The notes below the pieces were generated by a model. It made no database searches. It had not been told where the DNA came from and saw nothing but the letters and a program-made list of their open reading frames with translations. A stretch of DNA of 64,000 nucleotides from Lama glama (taxonomy: Eukaryota), in contig CM052817.1 of the NCBI GenBank assembly GCA_028534125.1, forward strand, positions 90,460,001 to 90,524,000. The letters are read 5' to 3'. Each line of letters begins with the position of its first letter. Position 1 is the stretch's first letter. This document shows, in pieces, positions 36,016 to 49,734 of the stretch. The position numbers were made by a program, and so were the translations under genes.

Positions 36016-36924
36016 CCTTACAAATACAGATTAAGCCTAAGGGTTCATCACATATAGAAAAATTAAGACACACATTTGGCTTAGAGCTTCATGACAGATA
36101 ATGCAAAAAGAACATGTGTTTATCCACCTCATTCTTACTGTATAAATGTACTATTGCTTGTCCACATAACAATAGCAGAATGTGAATCAAAGTACCCCTA
36201 TATTCAAAGATATGCCAGCTTCTGACCCTTTATTTCAGAACTCTGGTAAAGTCTGAGCTGGAGGACATGGTTTAAGTGCTCCAAGCAGAACCACTTAATC
36301 TGTGGATCTAAAGTCTTAAGAACATTACACCCATGCATGACTGAGAAAGAATGAGGAGGAGAGGAACAAAGAGGGAGAATCAGAGCAGAAGAAAAGTACC
36401 ATGTTCCAGGAAGGGCCTTCACACAGATAGACCCACCAGCTGCACAAATGCGCACAGGGTTTCAACGCACAGTAACTCCACCCACAAATCACCACGGCCC
36501 GGGACCGGCTCTGCACACTGACGCACCACACTGGTGTCTCTTCCTCTCTTGGAGGGGCTGAAAATGGCATTAGCAGAGCTGAATGTGGCCTGAGACAGCC
36601 CAATATCCCCACATCTCTCTTGTACCCTCTCATTTTTATTCCATTTTAATCTACAGCCAACAATAAAGTTTCAACCAGGGAAACGGTGTCTCTTTTAGGA
36701 GAAGTGCTCTTTCTGTAGCCTCCGAGGCCTCGTGGAGTGGGAAATTAAGTTTTCTCCCACTAAGTCTCTGAAGTAGGTCAGAACAGCCACCAAACATTAA
36801 CTCTAAAACACATTTAATACTAGATTAAATTCTCCCCCTATTTTGCTTCTAATCCCAATTTGTGTCCAGCTGCATGGCCCAACTTGGTATGTAAGAAAGA
36901 GCTAGACAGTAGTAGGGCACCACA

Positions 36925-37400
36925 TGTTAGTCAGAATTCTTTCTATTACAAGTAACAGAACACCATCCCAAACAAAGCTGACACAAAGAAAGGGAAGTAT
37001 GGTTTCATGTAACTGAGAAATTCAGATATGGTGCAGCCTCAGACATGTGCTGCCAAGTATGACATCGGGATTCGATCGATCTCCATCTTTCAGTCCTTCT
37101 ATCTTTGTACGGGCTTCATTACCAGGCAGGCTCCTTAAAAAGCGAATCAATAGCATCTCAGTGTGTACATCCGTCTGCCTCACTAATCCTGCAAGAGAGA
37201 TGACCTGAAGGCTTATGTCACACGCCTATTCCTGAAACAAGAGTCTCGTGACTCTGGCTGGCCAGGACTTGGAATTGCCCCAGCCCTGGAGACAGAGAAA
37301 AGATCAACCATCCCCAATGCCATGACCTGAGAATTGTTGAAGGATGCTCAATAAAGCAAAACAAGAGTGTTTTATTAGCAGAGGAGGCGGAGGCAGGGAG
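36925..37400 (-). mobile_element. MLT1J-like LTR relic
   Basis: 'tgttagtcagaattctttctattacaagtaacagaacaccatcccaaac...catgtaactgagaaattcaga'. Confidence 0.65.
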
Positions 37401-39639
37401 TGGGAAGGATATAGGTGGGTCTTGTTTACTTTTTAATCTATTTTGATCATCTCTGAATAGAATTTTTAGTTCAGTTAAATTTAAAATTTAACTTTCTATA
37501 TGCCTGATTTTAAATCTATCATCTTGCTATTTGGTTGTTTGTTAATAACCGAAATGACAGATGTCTCAGACACAACAATTGGTCATCACAGTCCAAATAT
37601 AGGAATGGAACGTTTTCCCAAATTTGAACATCATGAACTATATTCCATTACCACTTTACCACACAGAAATTAAAAGGCCAAATAAAAGCCCCATCTCTGT
37701 GTAAATTAAAGTGGTAAAATATTGAAGTCCAATATTCTTTCCTTCACAATTTCCTTTTGCGGCTTAGTTCAGCTCCACAGACTTCATTCAGAAGTCAGGG
37801 CGAATGGAGGGCTTTCAACAGGCATTGTGAGGCTTGAAAAATACAGCCGCCACCGAAATAAGTGAAACTTTTTAAACGTTTCCAAAGTTGAACTGAACCA
37901 TGCAAGTCTTTCCTGTGTCAGTAGACAGGTTAGTACATGATAATCCCTGGTCCTTAATAATATTGAGAAAACACAAAGGGTTCTTAGCCAGCTAGGCACA
38001 CTGCTGCATCGAATAAAGTTGGAGTTCTGTTACTAAGGAAAAAAAGGGCGTGGATATTGTGGGACAGTAGCCATCTCTGCTGTAGGTCATTCCATTTATT
38101 CTCCTACATGATCAATAGGAGAAAAGAAAAACAGACCCAAGATCCAAGGTATCCTCTAACTAACAAGAAAATGTACAGAGTTTTTATACTGGTAGTTTAA
38201 GTAAAGGTAAGACCAGGAAGTCATAAGCCCATAGGTTAATTATCACAAAGTTAGTGATAAAATTCAATTACCGATGACAGTCTATAAGTGAACAAATACG
38301 ATTTCCTAACATGTATGTTTCATAAGGCTTGCTTGCAATCATGGCTTGCAGTTTGAAGGGAAAACAACAAAACCTTCATAGCTAAGCACCGAACATCAAA
38401 GGAGAGTTTCTGCTCTTCTTTGTAAAATATATAGGAAGGCAAATTCATAAAGATAAATTGCAGAACCCATGAGGATTCAACCTGAATAAGGCCTTTATGC
38501 TTCTTGGGCAATTTTTAACACATTTGTAGTCACTGTTTGGAGATTATTTACTAACCCACTTTTATTCCCTCTAAGACTTTATCATCAACCATTATAACAT
38601 ATATTTGAATTTTAACCAGGCAGGTATTAAAGTTTCTTTAAAGTTATGATTTTTTTTTCCATTAGAGGTTAGTGGTGCTGCCATTTGCTCTTTGTTAAAA
38701 CCCGAGGAAGCCCCAGAGTGTCTTTATTTATCTCTGTGCTCTTCCCCTTGACTCTCCCAAACCTGAGCTGCTAGAGACCCAAAGAGAAGCAACAATCTTG
38801 GCCAGATGCTCTGCCCTGATCTCACCTTTTTTCAGCATTTAATTTCCCAGGTATTGGCTAACCTCCACCACCCTGGCGTCAGCATAAATTTTCCTTCCCA
38901 CCTTTGATAGTATTGCTCCAGCAGGACCTGGCTGCACTATTCCCCAGCCAAGGTTAAGAAACAGGAGAAAAAGGTAAAAGATTAATAAAAGTCTCAACAA
39001 GATGAAGATAAGCGGAATCGTTAGCAGCTCATCCGATGCTGCCTACCAAGGTTCAGGACTAATAATGCAAAACCCGACATCTTACCACAAAAGCAATCTG
39101 TCAGCACTTATCCTGGTCCCCTTGTGGTTTGCAGCTACAATAGAAAACAAGCTTATTTTGTGACGTAACTTTCCTGACCCTAGCTAGAGCTCTTCCGTGT
39201 CCACATGGACCTCCAGGCTCTAGGAGATGGCCTTGTAGTCACGGCCTATAAGAGTGCTGGCCCTGACCCGCAAGGAGGGACTCTCCAAGCCTGGTCCCAT
39301 TATGCTGTCTGAAGTCACCACTTAGCCTCCCCACCCCCACACACCCCCCCCAGACTACTCTCTCTAGCAACACCACAGCCATGTATGGTAAGAACCACCC
39401 ACATTAGCGAAGTTTATTAGATTCACCAGTGCATCAACCGTCTCCCTGCAGGAACACTGTCTGAATTGACTGTCTCTCTTCTTAGAGACTCACAACACCA
39501 CACGGTTGGTGATATCCCAGGGATCATTTGCATGCTATGTATTAAACCAAAGAGTCATCATGACCTAGTGGCATAGAACAAGCGAATGGAGGAGAGGAAC
39601 ATGTTTGCATCTCTTCTTGCTGAATAACCAAACAATTAA

Positions 39640-39870
39640 ATGCACGTCTATAACAATGTACTTTCCTTCTAGAGTACTTACCATAATCATGTTTACATTT
39701 ATTTGTTTTATTACTTAACTACATGCCTCTCTCCACCACTAACTCTTTATTCTTTGAGAGCAAAAAAAAAAGCCTTATTTACTCACCATTGAATTAGCAG
39801 GACTTATGTACCATGTCCAGCATACAGTAAGCACTTAATACTTACTTGCTGAATGGATAGATGAATAATG
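39640..39870 (+). mobile_element. L2 LINE 3' end relic
   Basis: 'gcctctctccaccacta...tctttgagagca...cagcatacagtaagcacttaatacttacttgctgaatggatagatgaat'. Confidence 0.75.
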
Positions 39871-40624
39871 CTCCAGTAACATCTGAGCCTGGACTAGATT
39901 AACAACTCATTCTCAAAGTCGAGGTGCATTGGGTCTAAAAAATAACTTGCAAAAGAAGGACTTCTCTACAAAAAATGAAATAAACTTGATTATTCACATG
40001 AAATTTCAAACACAGAATATAAAATGGAAAATGTCCCCCCAAATACCTGAAGAGAATTTAATACTTGAATTTGGCATGCATATTTTTATGTCATTTCTAA
40101 ATAGATGCCAGGGGCATGATTTACAATTATCTCAGCTAAATGATTCTACCAGAAGTCAAGGCACTGTGATTCACATACTCAGATATTTGATGATTTGACT
40201 CACTTCAAGTGAAAAGCAAATAAGCAAAAAAAACTTAAACCATAGCCTGGAATATCTAAAAGACATCTAGAGGATATAATATTTTCTTCCACATAGATTT
40301 CTGACAGGTGTTGGATTCCAAGGTTAAATTCTCTCGCAAATTACTGGACTATAGACATGTATTCTGTGCTATAAGACACAGCAGACTAATTAGTAAATGG
40401 TAGTGTTGACATCCTTTTTTAAAAAATCCACAATTCCATCCTGAATAGATATATATCTTATTTCTATAAAGCAGGGCTAAAAGTTTTCCTTTAGAAAGAA
40501 ACGCATCTTCCCTGAATACTCATTACAATTTTGCTATAATAAAAGAACAACCTATTGATCAAATTCCCAAAGCCCTAAACCACAGACCACAGCCTCTACC
40601 AGTGCCATTCAACATGGACCCCTC

Positions 40625-40974
40625 AGTTTGGTGCAGCCATTATGGAAAAGAGTATGGAGAGTCCTCAAAAAAATAGAAACAGATACATTATATGATCCAG
40701 CAATCCCACTCCTGGGCATATATCCAAAGGGAACTCAAATTCAAAAAGGTACATGCACCCCAATGTTCATAGCAGCATTATATACAATAGACAAGACATG
40801 GAAATAACCTATATGTCCATCGACAGATGAGTAGATAAAGAAGCTATGGTATATTTATACAATGGAATACTACTCAACCATAAAAAAGAATAAAATGCCA
40901 TTTGCAGCAACATAGATCCAGAGATCATCATTCTAAGTGAAGTTAAGCCAGAAAGAGAAAGAAAAATACCACAT
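40625..40974 (+). mobile_element. L1 ORF2 C-terminal fragment lacking 3'UTR and poly-A
   Basis: 'tggtgcagccattatggaaaa...tatgatccagcaatcccactcctgggcatatatcca...tgcaccccaatgttcatagcagca' (YDPAIPLLGIYP, CTPMFIAAL). Homologous to 12395-12610. Confidence 0.92.
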
Positions 40975-41641
40975 TATTTAGATGGCCAATTAACAGTCAA
41001 GCAAAATGTAGCTCAGTGCTAGTTGAAAGTACGAACCCAATATCTATACCAAAGCTTATAGTATTTTGAGTATTTGGAAGCAAAATGCAAAAAGTTAAAT
41101 AGGTTAAGATCCGGAGTAGCCTTTCATGATTCTGTCTCACTTGCCTCACTGATTTTCTTTTTTGCTGCTGTTTCTTTTCTTTTTTTTTTTCTTTTCTTTT
41201 CTCATATAGCACTTGTCAAACTAGGAACATTAAGTCCAAGACCCACATTTTTCCAAACATGAACTAGACCAAATTTTATTAATCATCTGTTGATAAGAGA
41301 AGAATCTTCACTTTTAAAACAGTGAAGGCAGTTTGAAATAGTCTTAAGAAATAGGAGATAATAGAATAAAAACTTTTCTTACTCCTTCTCACTCTTTTCA
41401 GAATTGTCATCTCACTAGTCTACAGAAGGATATAGGCAGAGTCAAGAACACCTACATCCACGCCAGGCAAACCACGATATTTCATCTCGGGCCGAAACAA
41501 ACCAAATAAGTTCATATAATATAACCAGTAGCATTGTCTCAGGGGTTAAAATATACATGAATTTTTTTTATATATAAGTGAATAGCTTTCCAAATTTGCC
41601 CCATAGGCCGCCATTTAATGATACAAAAGTGTATGTGTCAA

Positions 41642-41921
41642 CAGACTGACAGGCATAGAAAACAAACATAGTTACCAGGAAGGGAAGGAGGTGAGAAGGG
41701 ATAGACTGGGAGTTCGAGATTTGCAGATACTAACTAATATATATAAAATAGATAAACAATAAGTTCATGCTATATAGCACAGGGATATCTTGTAGTAACT
41801 TACGGGGAAAAAGAATATGAAAACAAATATAGGTATGTTCATGTATGACTGAAGCATTATGCTGTACACCAGAAATTGACATGTTGTAAACTGACTATAC
41901 TTCAATAAACATATATACAAA
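41642..41921 (+). mobile_element. 5'-truncated L1 3'UTR with TSD
   Basis: Homologous to 12670-12950. TSD aaaagtgtatgtgtcaa (41625-41641) / aaaagtttatgtatcaa (41922-41938), 15/17. Confidence 0.92.
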
Positions 41922-44900
41922 AAAAGTTTATGTATCAATCCAATGAGAAATAAGTTTTTCATTAAATTGACACAGCTCTTTGTCAAGAAATGTACCATCT
42001 TAAAACAGTTTTCCCCAGAGCAGCTTTCTCTTCTACAGGTACCCACAAAAGTATATAATATAATATATAAAAATGCGTAGTATACAGTCAAGTAAAAGGG
42101 TAATTACAATTTAATTAAAAATCTGAACAGGCATCCTCTCCTTGGTAGGAGTGATAGATGCATAAAATAAATCATTTAGAAAATCAAACTGGTTGGGGGT
42201 GGTGCAAATTTTAGGGGGAAGTATGGGTCAGAGAGTTTAATAGCCTTGCATTTGCCATCCCCCATTACCTCCACCATTTATGGTAGAAGAATATGAGGGC
42301 TTAAAACATGGCCCTTGAGGAAAGCTATTTTATAAAATTCCAGGTTGCCTCTAGACCTATAGCATTAAAATCCACCAAAAAACCCCAAAAACCTACACAG
42401 GAAAATTGTACATTGGTTTTCCTGCCAAGCCACAATTCTGGAGACAAACCTTAGAATTTGGAAGGCAATCTTCACAGACTGCCAAGTGGGAAAAAAAACA
42501 CAACCATTATCCTCATACAGCTTAAAGTTAAATCTGTTGGCGCCAACTGGATGATGTAGCTCACTCAAACCAAGGAGTCAAAGAACCTAGCCGAGTTTCT
42601 AAGGAAAGAGTGAAAGCTGTCTTTCTGGAATAGGTCACATTCCCAGGTCCTGGGCTAGCTGGAAAGGAAGCCAAAGAAGGGCTATTTCAAACTATTTCTG
42701 AGAAGAGTGGGCTAGGAGGTTAATGGGGGACAGCCTGAGGGTTCAATTACCTACCATTTCATATCACTCTAATTAATTGGTGGTGATCAGTTTGGTTTCC
42801 AAAAGAAAAAATATAAACTTCTAAGAGACTTTTAATATAAGCTCTTTTTGTTTTTCTAAATCTGTTGCTCTGCTCAGCCTGGTGCTGTTTAGAGAGCATG
42901 CCCCGTTGAACTGTGGTTAAACCGAACTGCGCACTTGCTAATCTCTGAGAAAAAGACAAGGCTTTTGTAATCATAAACGTCCATCGCGCTAAAGACTATT
43001 GAATCTAGTAGATCACGTCACATAATAGGATCTTTACATCAAACTTCTATTTTGGGAACTGTCATTAATATTTTCTACAGCCCCACTTCTACAAAGACAT
43101 TCTTCAGTTTATATTGGAGCCCAGTGAATTTATGAAGCTTATGTTGGAGCCTAGTCAATTTCTCCCACACTCTTCCTGCTTTTTTTGTATAATGACCTCC
43201 ATTCCCCAAACTCAGTCTCTGTTGTTAATTTCCTGAGGATTGTATAGAATGCTGCCTAAATGAGAAACATCAGTTTTAAAGATGTAGGCAATGCCTTAAT
43301 TGATCAGATAAACATGGTCCATTTAGTTTTGCTTTAACTCAGACTTCAAAGTACCAAGCTGTATGTTTGCTTCATTTTGGCAGAAGCAAAAAGCCTGAAA
43401 ACTCTTCAGGACGTAAGGAAGCAGTGGAAATTAGGCATCTGCCCAAAATCTAGGCTGAAGAATAAACACTTAAAACCCATTTTAATTTCTACTTTGAAAT
43501 GAAAAGAAAAGGACTCATGAGAACATCTGAAGACATGAAAAGTACAATTTTCAAGACCATGAACTTGCACCCATTTGACAGCAGAGGATGTGGTTTCAGG
43601 GCCACGGAATACTGGTCTTTCTTCATTAAAGTCCCATCAGCCCTATCAAGATAAAACACAGGTCCTAAAATCTCCCGCAGTCTTCCACCTGCCATGTGTT
43701 AGCACTAGGCAGGGACTTGCCTGGGGAGGGTTTATGTAAGCCCTTCTGAACTTCAAATAGAGTCTCTCTTTTGAGTAAGCATTTAAAGGAAGATTAAATT
43801 TAATTAGACTGTATCTTTTTCCTGGGATATGCTGCCTTCAAAGTTCACTTTATCACATTCTTCTACCAAAGCAGAAGTGTACTAATGCTGGCTGGCACAG
43901 GGCACGTTCAAGATGCAGGAGGAAGGGAAGGAGATATTTATATACTCATTTATCCCCTGGGAGTATTTTGGAACCAGCTGACATCGGACATCCATGCCAG
44001 CCCCAGCAACACACCTGAGTAATTACTGCTCAAGGATCAACTGGGACATGTGACAACTGGGAGGAGTCACCAGAGTCTCCCACTCCCCTGTCCGAGCCAG
44101 GAGCTAGAGTCATCAGGGGTTCTATCATCTACTCACACCCTATTTCTTTGCTTTTTGATGTTCTCTCATTCTCTGAATTTATTCATAATAACTACACCTC
44201 AATAGTAGTTAGTAAGAACCCACTTATGAGAAGCATTTGTTTTATCCTGAAACCTAGGTATGATTTAATTAATGATCATCTCAGCCTAATTTGCTTTTAA
44301 ATCTATGTTTACACATTTACTATCAATACTATTTATTTGAACAAAATCAGTGTCAGTAGTTCTAAAGGGATTCATGGGAAGCAAATACCATAATCACTGT
44401 TCAAGAAATATTAAATCACATAGAAAATCACTTCAGGTAAGATTTGGTAATCATAATTTTTACTCGTAGATTTTTGAGAAGAGAGAAAGAAATATAACAA
44501 AGAGAAAGCAGGCATTTAAAAAAAAAAGAGAGAGATGAAAGTCAGCATTTTCAACCTGGTACTAAGGACTCATTCCTCTTAAAGGGGAAAAGAAATGCAG
44601 CTGCCTCACGATGCCTTTGGTTATATCAATATTGTTTGGAAGCACAGATGAATGTGGTTTTCTCTCTTCTTAATTGTGTTGTTGATTTAGCCAGGATGTG
44701 ATGCATTTTACCAACCTTTCCCTACCCAGACACATCTTTTACAAAGATAAAGAAGAAAGAAAACGAACAATTTTTAAAGCAATTCCTTCTTCATTTGGGT
44801 GTGTTTTCCAGCAATGCTGGGCTGTCTGTGCAGCCCTGGCTGCGGGCTTGCTGTTCACTTCTCTGGCCTCTAAGGCTCCCCGACTGCTTGGACAGGAGGA

Positions 44901-46379
44901 GGCAGAAGGGTTGTTTGTGATTTTTTCAGTTTTTTTCACTGAAATGACAGTGCACAGCAGTCTAGTCTATTCTCTCATTTTTCACTGGTGCAGAGGTGCA
45001 CAGTCACTCAGCCAAGGAAACCACCGGCGGCTAAAGGCAGCAAAGAGGTAAAAAAGGAGCAGGCCAGCCTGGCCTTTCTTTGGGGCCTGAAACGGCCTGA
45101 AGTTAATTGCTCGCATAAGAAGAATAACTGGTGGTGCTGTAATTGAATTTTTATGGAAATAAACAGGTGGCAGATTTACTATAGCTGTGGGGATAGTAGG
45201 GGGCGAAATGCTGTAGCCACATTAACCTGTTTAATTTAATAGCTTCAGTATTCGTAGGAAAAAAAAAAGGCAATGTTGCTCCTGGAGTCAGCTGGATGCC
45301 AAATGTAAATAACTACAATTACCCTCACATGCCCATGTGGTTGAGCCAAAAAAGGGCACGGTGCCAGCTTTGAATGGGTTTTCATGTTTATTAATTAAGC
45401 TCCTGAAACTATTAAGTTTCAAAATAAAAAATAAATTTTAAAACCCGGAAAAAGAGGCAGAGGAAAGAATTTGACAAAGGAAATCTGACCACCGACAGAC
45501 GGATGGACAGTCAGGCAGACAGACAGACAAAAGCTCTGCTTCCATTAAAGGCACAGTATGAGTCTATGACAGGGAGATTTTACTGAGAATCTCCACTGGT
45601 TATGGGAAGAATGAACAAAACGCTAGCTTTGCACCATGCTTCCCCCCAGTGGCCAAGTTTTGGAAATGCACTTTTATAGTAAGGAAAGGAAAACTGGGGA
45701 CCATCTGGGTGAAATATGCAAAGAACATCATTAGCTTATTAATGTACCTGATGTTTACTTTTAATAAAATGGAGAGTGTGTATTTAATTTTTTGCAAATT
45801 TGAAAAAATATGTATATTACATATAAAATATATATACTTTTGTTTTTTTTTACATTAGGGATTAAAACACATTTTAAAGAAAAAAAGCTAAATGTTCATA
45901 AGAGACAGAGCACTTACTATCAAGGAGGCACCCCACCAGCATTGTGAACACAAAGGTGAATGAAACAAGAGTGTCCTCTGCCAAATTTCACAGGTCTGGA
46001 GGGTGGACAGATTTCCAGCTGAGCAAATCAAATATAAAGCAGAGTTTTCTAAGTACTGAAAGACATCTCAAAGAAATGCGGGGATGGGAGTAAAATAGAG
46101 AGAATCAGAAAGCCATTGGATAAATGAGAAACATTTTAAACTTTATTTGAATCACCAGATCCAATACTTAGTAGCCAACATTATCAGAACAGAGGAACTG
46201 AGCAAAACATTACAATCCAATTTGGAATGTTCTGCGTTTATTTTTACTATTTTAGAGTAAGCTAGGAAAAAGTGAGAGGGCCTAAAGAGGTGCTCTATCT
46301 TTCTATCAGTTTTGTTTCTTGTTTTTTATTTTTTTAAGCCCATAAACGTTTAGTGAATTCTTGGCAGTGCATCATGTGA

Positions 46380-47580
46380 TACTGACTGCCTCCCAGGGGC
46401 ACCTGCGCCTTATCTGCCGGAGTCCTTCAGGGCACAGTGCCAGGCTCTTCTCTCCTCACTGAGCATTTCTCCACACCTCTGGCCTCACTTCCCACCTATC
46501 GACCAGTGACCTCCATCTTTATTACTTATTTCATCATCAAACCAGTTCTCATCCCTCATCTTTATGTCTAATTTTTCACTCAACATTTTCCCATGTGTCA
46601 CGCCCCTTAATATCTACAGGCCCAAGAATTAACATATAATCATTGCCCCAATTTTATTCTCACTCAGTGATACACAGGTAGATAGACAGATAGACAGATA
46701 TTTTCCACTGAATCCAGATTATAATAAAGCAAATGAGCCAAAAATTAGACCTACTTCAGCCAGTTCAGATAGTATATACACATACACAGATACAGATAGA
46801 TAATCTTTTGCTATACAAGCCAGAAATATGATAATATTGCTTTACATTTTCCACTGCTGCCTGCCCAATATTCAATCCATCATCAACAGACCATCACCAA
46901 CCCTGTTAAGAGCGCCTCCTAGATGTCTCATAAATCTACCCCCCTATTTCTATGTCCATACCACAAGCTCACACTTGGATTGCTGCAACAGCTCCATAAC
47001 ATACCTTGGCACTCTGCTCAAACCTCTATTGCAGCCAGAGAAGTCTTTTAAATATCTGATCGTGACATCTTCCCTACTAATAACCAAGCACTTGACTTTA
47101 GGGATAGTCAGATAGGAGCAAATCCTGCACGTTTAGCCCCCGTCTACTACTTCAAGCTCTTCTCTTGCCACTTTGCCCCTCACACCCATCACTCCAAGTA
47201 TACTGTCTTTCATTTGGTTCCTCAAGAACACACTCCTTTCCGGCTCTCTACAGTGTTTGGGCCCTTCCCTTTGCCTAGCTAACACCTACCTCTGCCTCAG
47301 AGCTCATCTAAGTGTCACTTGCTAAAGGAGGACTTTGCTCATCTTCCCTCCTCCAAACCCCCTCTACACACACATACACACAAACACCAGGACAATACAG
47401 GGGTCCCCTACAAAACAAGCTCATAGAATTATCTTGAGCAGCGCCAGTCTCCACAACCAAAATATGTGCCACAAAAGCAAAGGCATGTCAGGATTTGCTC
47501 ATAATTGTCCCCTTGACATGTAGCACAGGGCAGGAACCTTGGATGGTACCAAATAAATTTGTATGAAATGGATAACTGGG
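46380..47580 (+). mobile_element. L2 LINE relic (fragmented)
   Basis: 'ctcacacttggattgctgcaacagctccataac', 'gcctagctaacacctacc...cagagctcatctaagtgtcactt' and a 3' end 'aaataaatttgtatgaaatggataa' are L2-like. Confidence 0.65.
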
Positions 47581-49537
47581 TATAATTTATAATCACTCAA
47601 TTATCTCTCCATGTCTTCCAAGCATGTTCATCTTCTAGATGACCTAAATAGAGACATGAGAATAATCATCTTTTATGTTTTTGATGATGTCTTTAATTTT
47701 TGTGACTCACCTCTGGATGCAATACCTTTGGATTTTAGTACTTTGGTAGGTAAAGACAACTCTAGAAGCTTGGCTTTTCCAATCATAATAGCCCTACTCA
47801 TGGTACAGTGACCCAATAGGGGAATTGTGCCAATTGCTTAAGAGATGTATTCCTCTCATGTATTCAGAAAAACAACTGCAGGACTGGACCACCTAGAGGC
47901 AGACTCAGATGAAAACTCTATCTATAACTGGAGGTACAATTTGCTGTTCCAATCAGTAGTTTTCTCAGTCTTCAGGAATTAGGTAGCTCAGAATCAGTGT
48001 TTATCAGTATCTCAAAGCTCCAGGGTTTTTTTCCCCCCTTTCCCAGGGCATGTCTTGTATATATAGTTACTATATGGAATGTTACAGCTCTTTTGCATTC
48101 TATTCATATACAGATACTACCTAGTGTGAAATGTCTGTGTAGCCGGATTCTAGGATGTGTTTGTAGCAGCGTGACCTGAAATGCAAGCAGTCTATTTTTG
48201 TCACAAAGTCAAAACAATAACGTTTGGTACCTGAAAATGTTTATGTGAATGTTGACCCCTACAAGCCCATTACCCTTAGGATGTAATAGTGCTATTCTTA
48301 ATGCTTGCTAGATCATTGGCATGAAAGAGCAATAGTTCTTTGAAATTCATTCTCCAAAAAGACAGCATTTCCCAGCCACTCTGAATAAACCCAGAACAAA
48401 GACTAGGCTAACCAGAGGAAGGGCTGTTTATATGCAATACAGAGGAAATGGCCACAGATTTTTTTGGTGAAGTCTAGGAAGGCGATTTATTGCACATGCA
48501 GGTGATATTATTGCCAAGCCCATCATCAAGTAATTCTTGATTATGGAGATAACTCAAAGCTGAGAACTGAGTGAAAATGAGAGACTCCCTGTAACAGTGG
48601 ACCATGTCAGGCGTATACTTCCCAGTTGTGAAGTGTTTTCCACAACACAAATCAAGAAGGACTAGCACATATTTCAAACAAGGGGCCCTACGAGCCACCA
48701 AGTACTACCAAAGATTCCTGTAATTCAGAACATTCCGACTGATGAATCTGCCCTGCTGCATATTATGGTAACCACAACAATTTTACTTTTGAATGCTGCC
48801 ATGTGGCCCCAGTGACCCTACAGCAGTTTCCTCCTCATTTCAATCAGGGAAGCCATCTCAACCATAGCATCTGCCACCAACACCCTGAGCCTAGAGCCTA
48901 GAAAGGACAGTAGCACAAACTGTTCAAAACTTCTGCCACTCCCCTCACCAGCACATTTCTTAAGAACTTGGTAATGATCCTGAACCTCTTGGGGGACAAA
49001 CTGGAGTGACAGTGATTTGTATATGACAGTTTCACTCCAGAGCACTTGCTACCCTTCTCTGTGTTATTTATAAGGATTTCTAGAATCTCAGCTTTACTGT
49101 CCTAAGTCTTCAGTGAATTCAGATGATAGTCAAGCAAATGAGCCAAGGATCAGACACAGTCCTGCCAGCTCAGACTGGATACGACCACCTCTTTGAAAAA
49201 CTATGCTTTATCTGTTCAAGGTCAATCACTCTTTTTTTTTTTTTTCAATCAGTCTTATTAGTCTTACTGTTCTTACATATAGACTCAAGTTTTGTCAAAA
49301 AATAAAAGGAAAAAACTTCTCCACCCAGGCTTTACAACACAATTGACTCCTCTGGGACATGTCGGCATCTAACCAGTAGTTAGAAGCCTGGAGATAATGG
49401 GAGATCTGTAGGTTCCAGGTGGTGAATTGGCTCTCCCTTACAAAGTCAGCCCTGGAGAAAAAGAAATCCAGCCTCCAGACAAGAAGAAGAGACGGCCCTA
49501 CCAAACAAGGTAAAAGGCACTTCTGAAATCCCAAGCA

Positions 49538-49734
49538 CAGTGATGTGCTGGTAGACGTTTAACAACCCACTCTCCAGCAAGAGGGGGAGAGGGAGTTCTG
49601 ACCTGTAACATTTAAAATACTTCCACCATAGTTGACTTCAAGTTGTCCACATGACATCACTGAGCACGGGAATGGGAAGAGGTAATGCACTCAGCCCTCA
49701 TGAGCCATAAAGAGCTGGCCCCAACACACCACTG
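49538..49734 (+). mobile_element. MER63-like hAT-Blackjack MITE
   Basis: Terminal inverted repeats cagtgatgtgctgg / ccaacacaccactg, length 197 bp, internal 'gtttaacaacccactctcc'. No TSD recognisable. Confidence 0.8.

Noticed and set aside
40625..41921. One L1 split by an insertion of about 670 bp
   Set aside because: The downstream piece has its own 17-bp TSD, indicating an independent insertion.
47886..47903. Second CTCF site (GGACCACCTAGAGGCAGA)
   Set aside because: Mismatches at the invariant central AG of the core.
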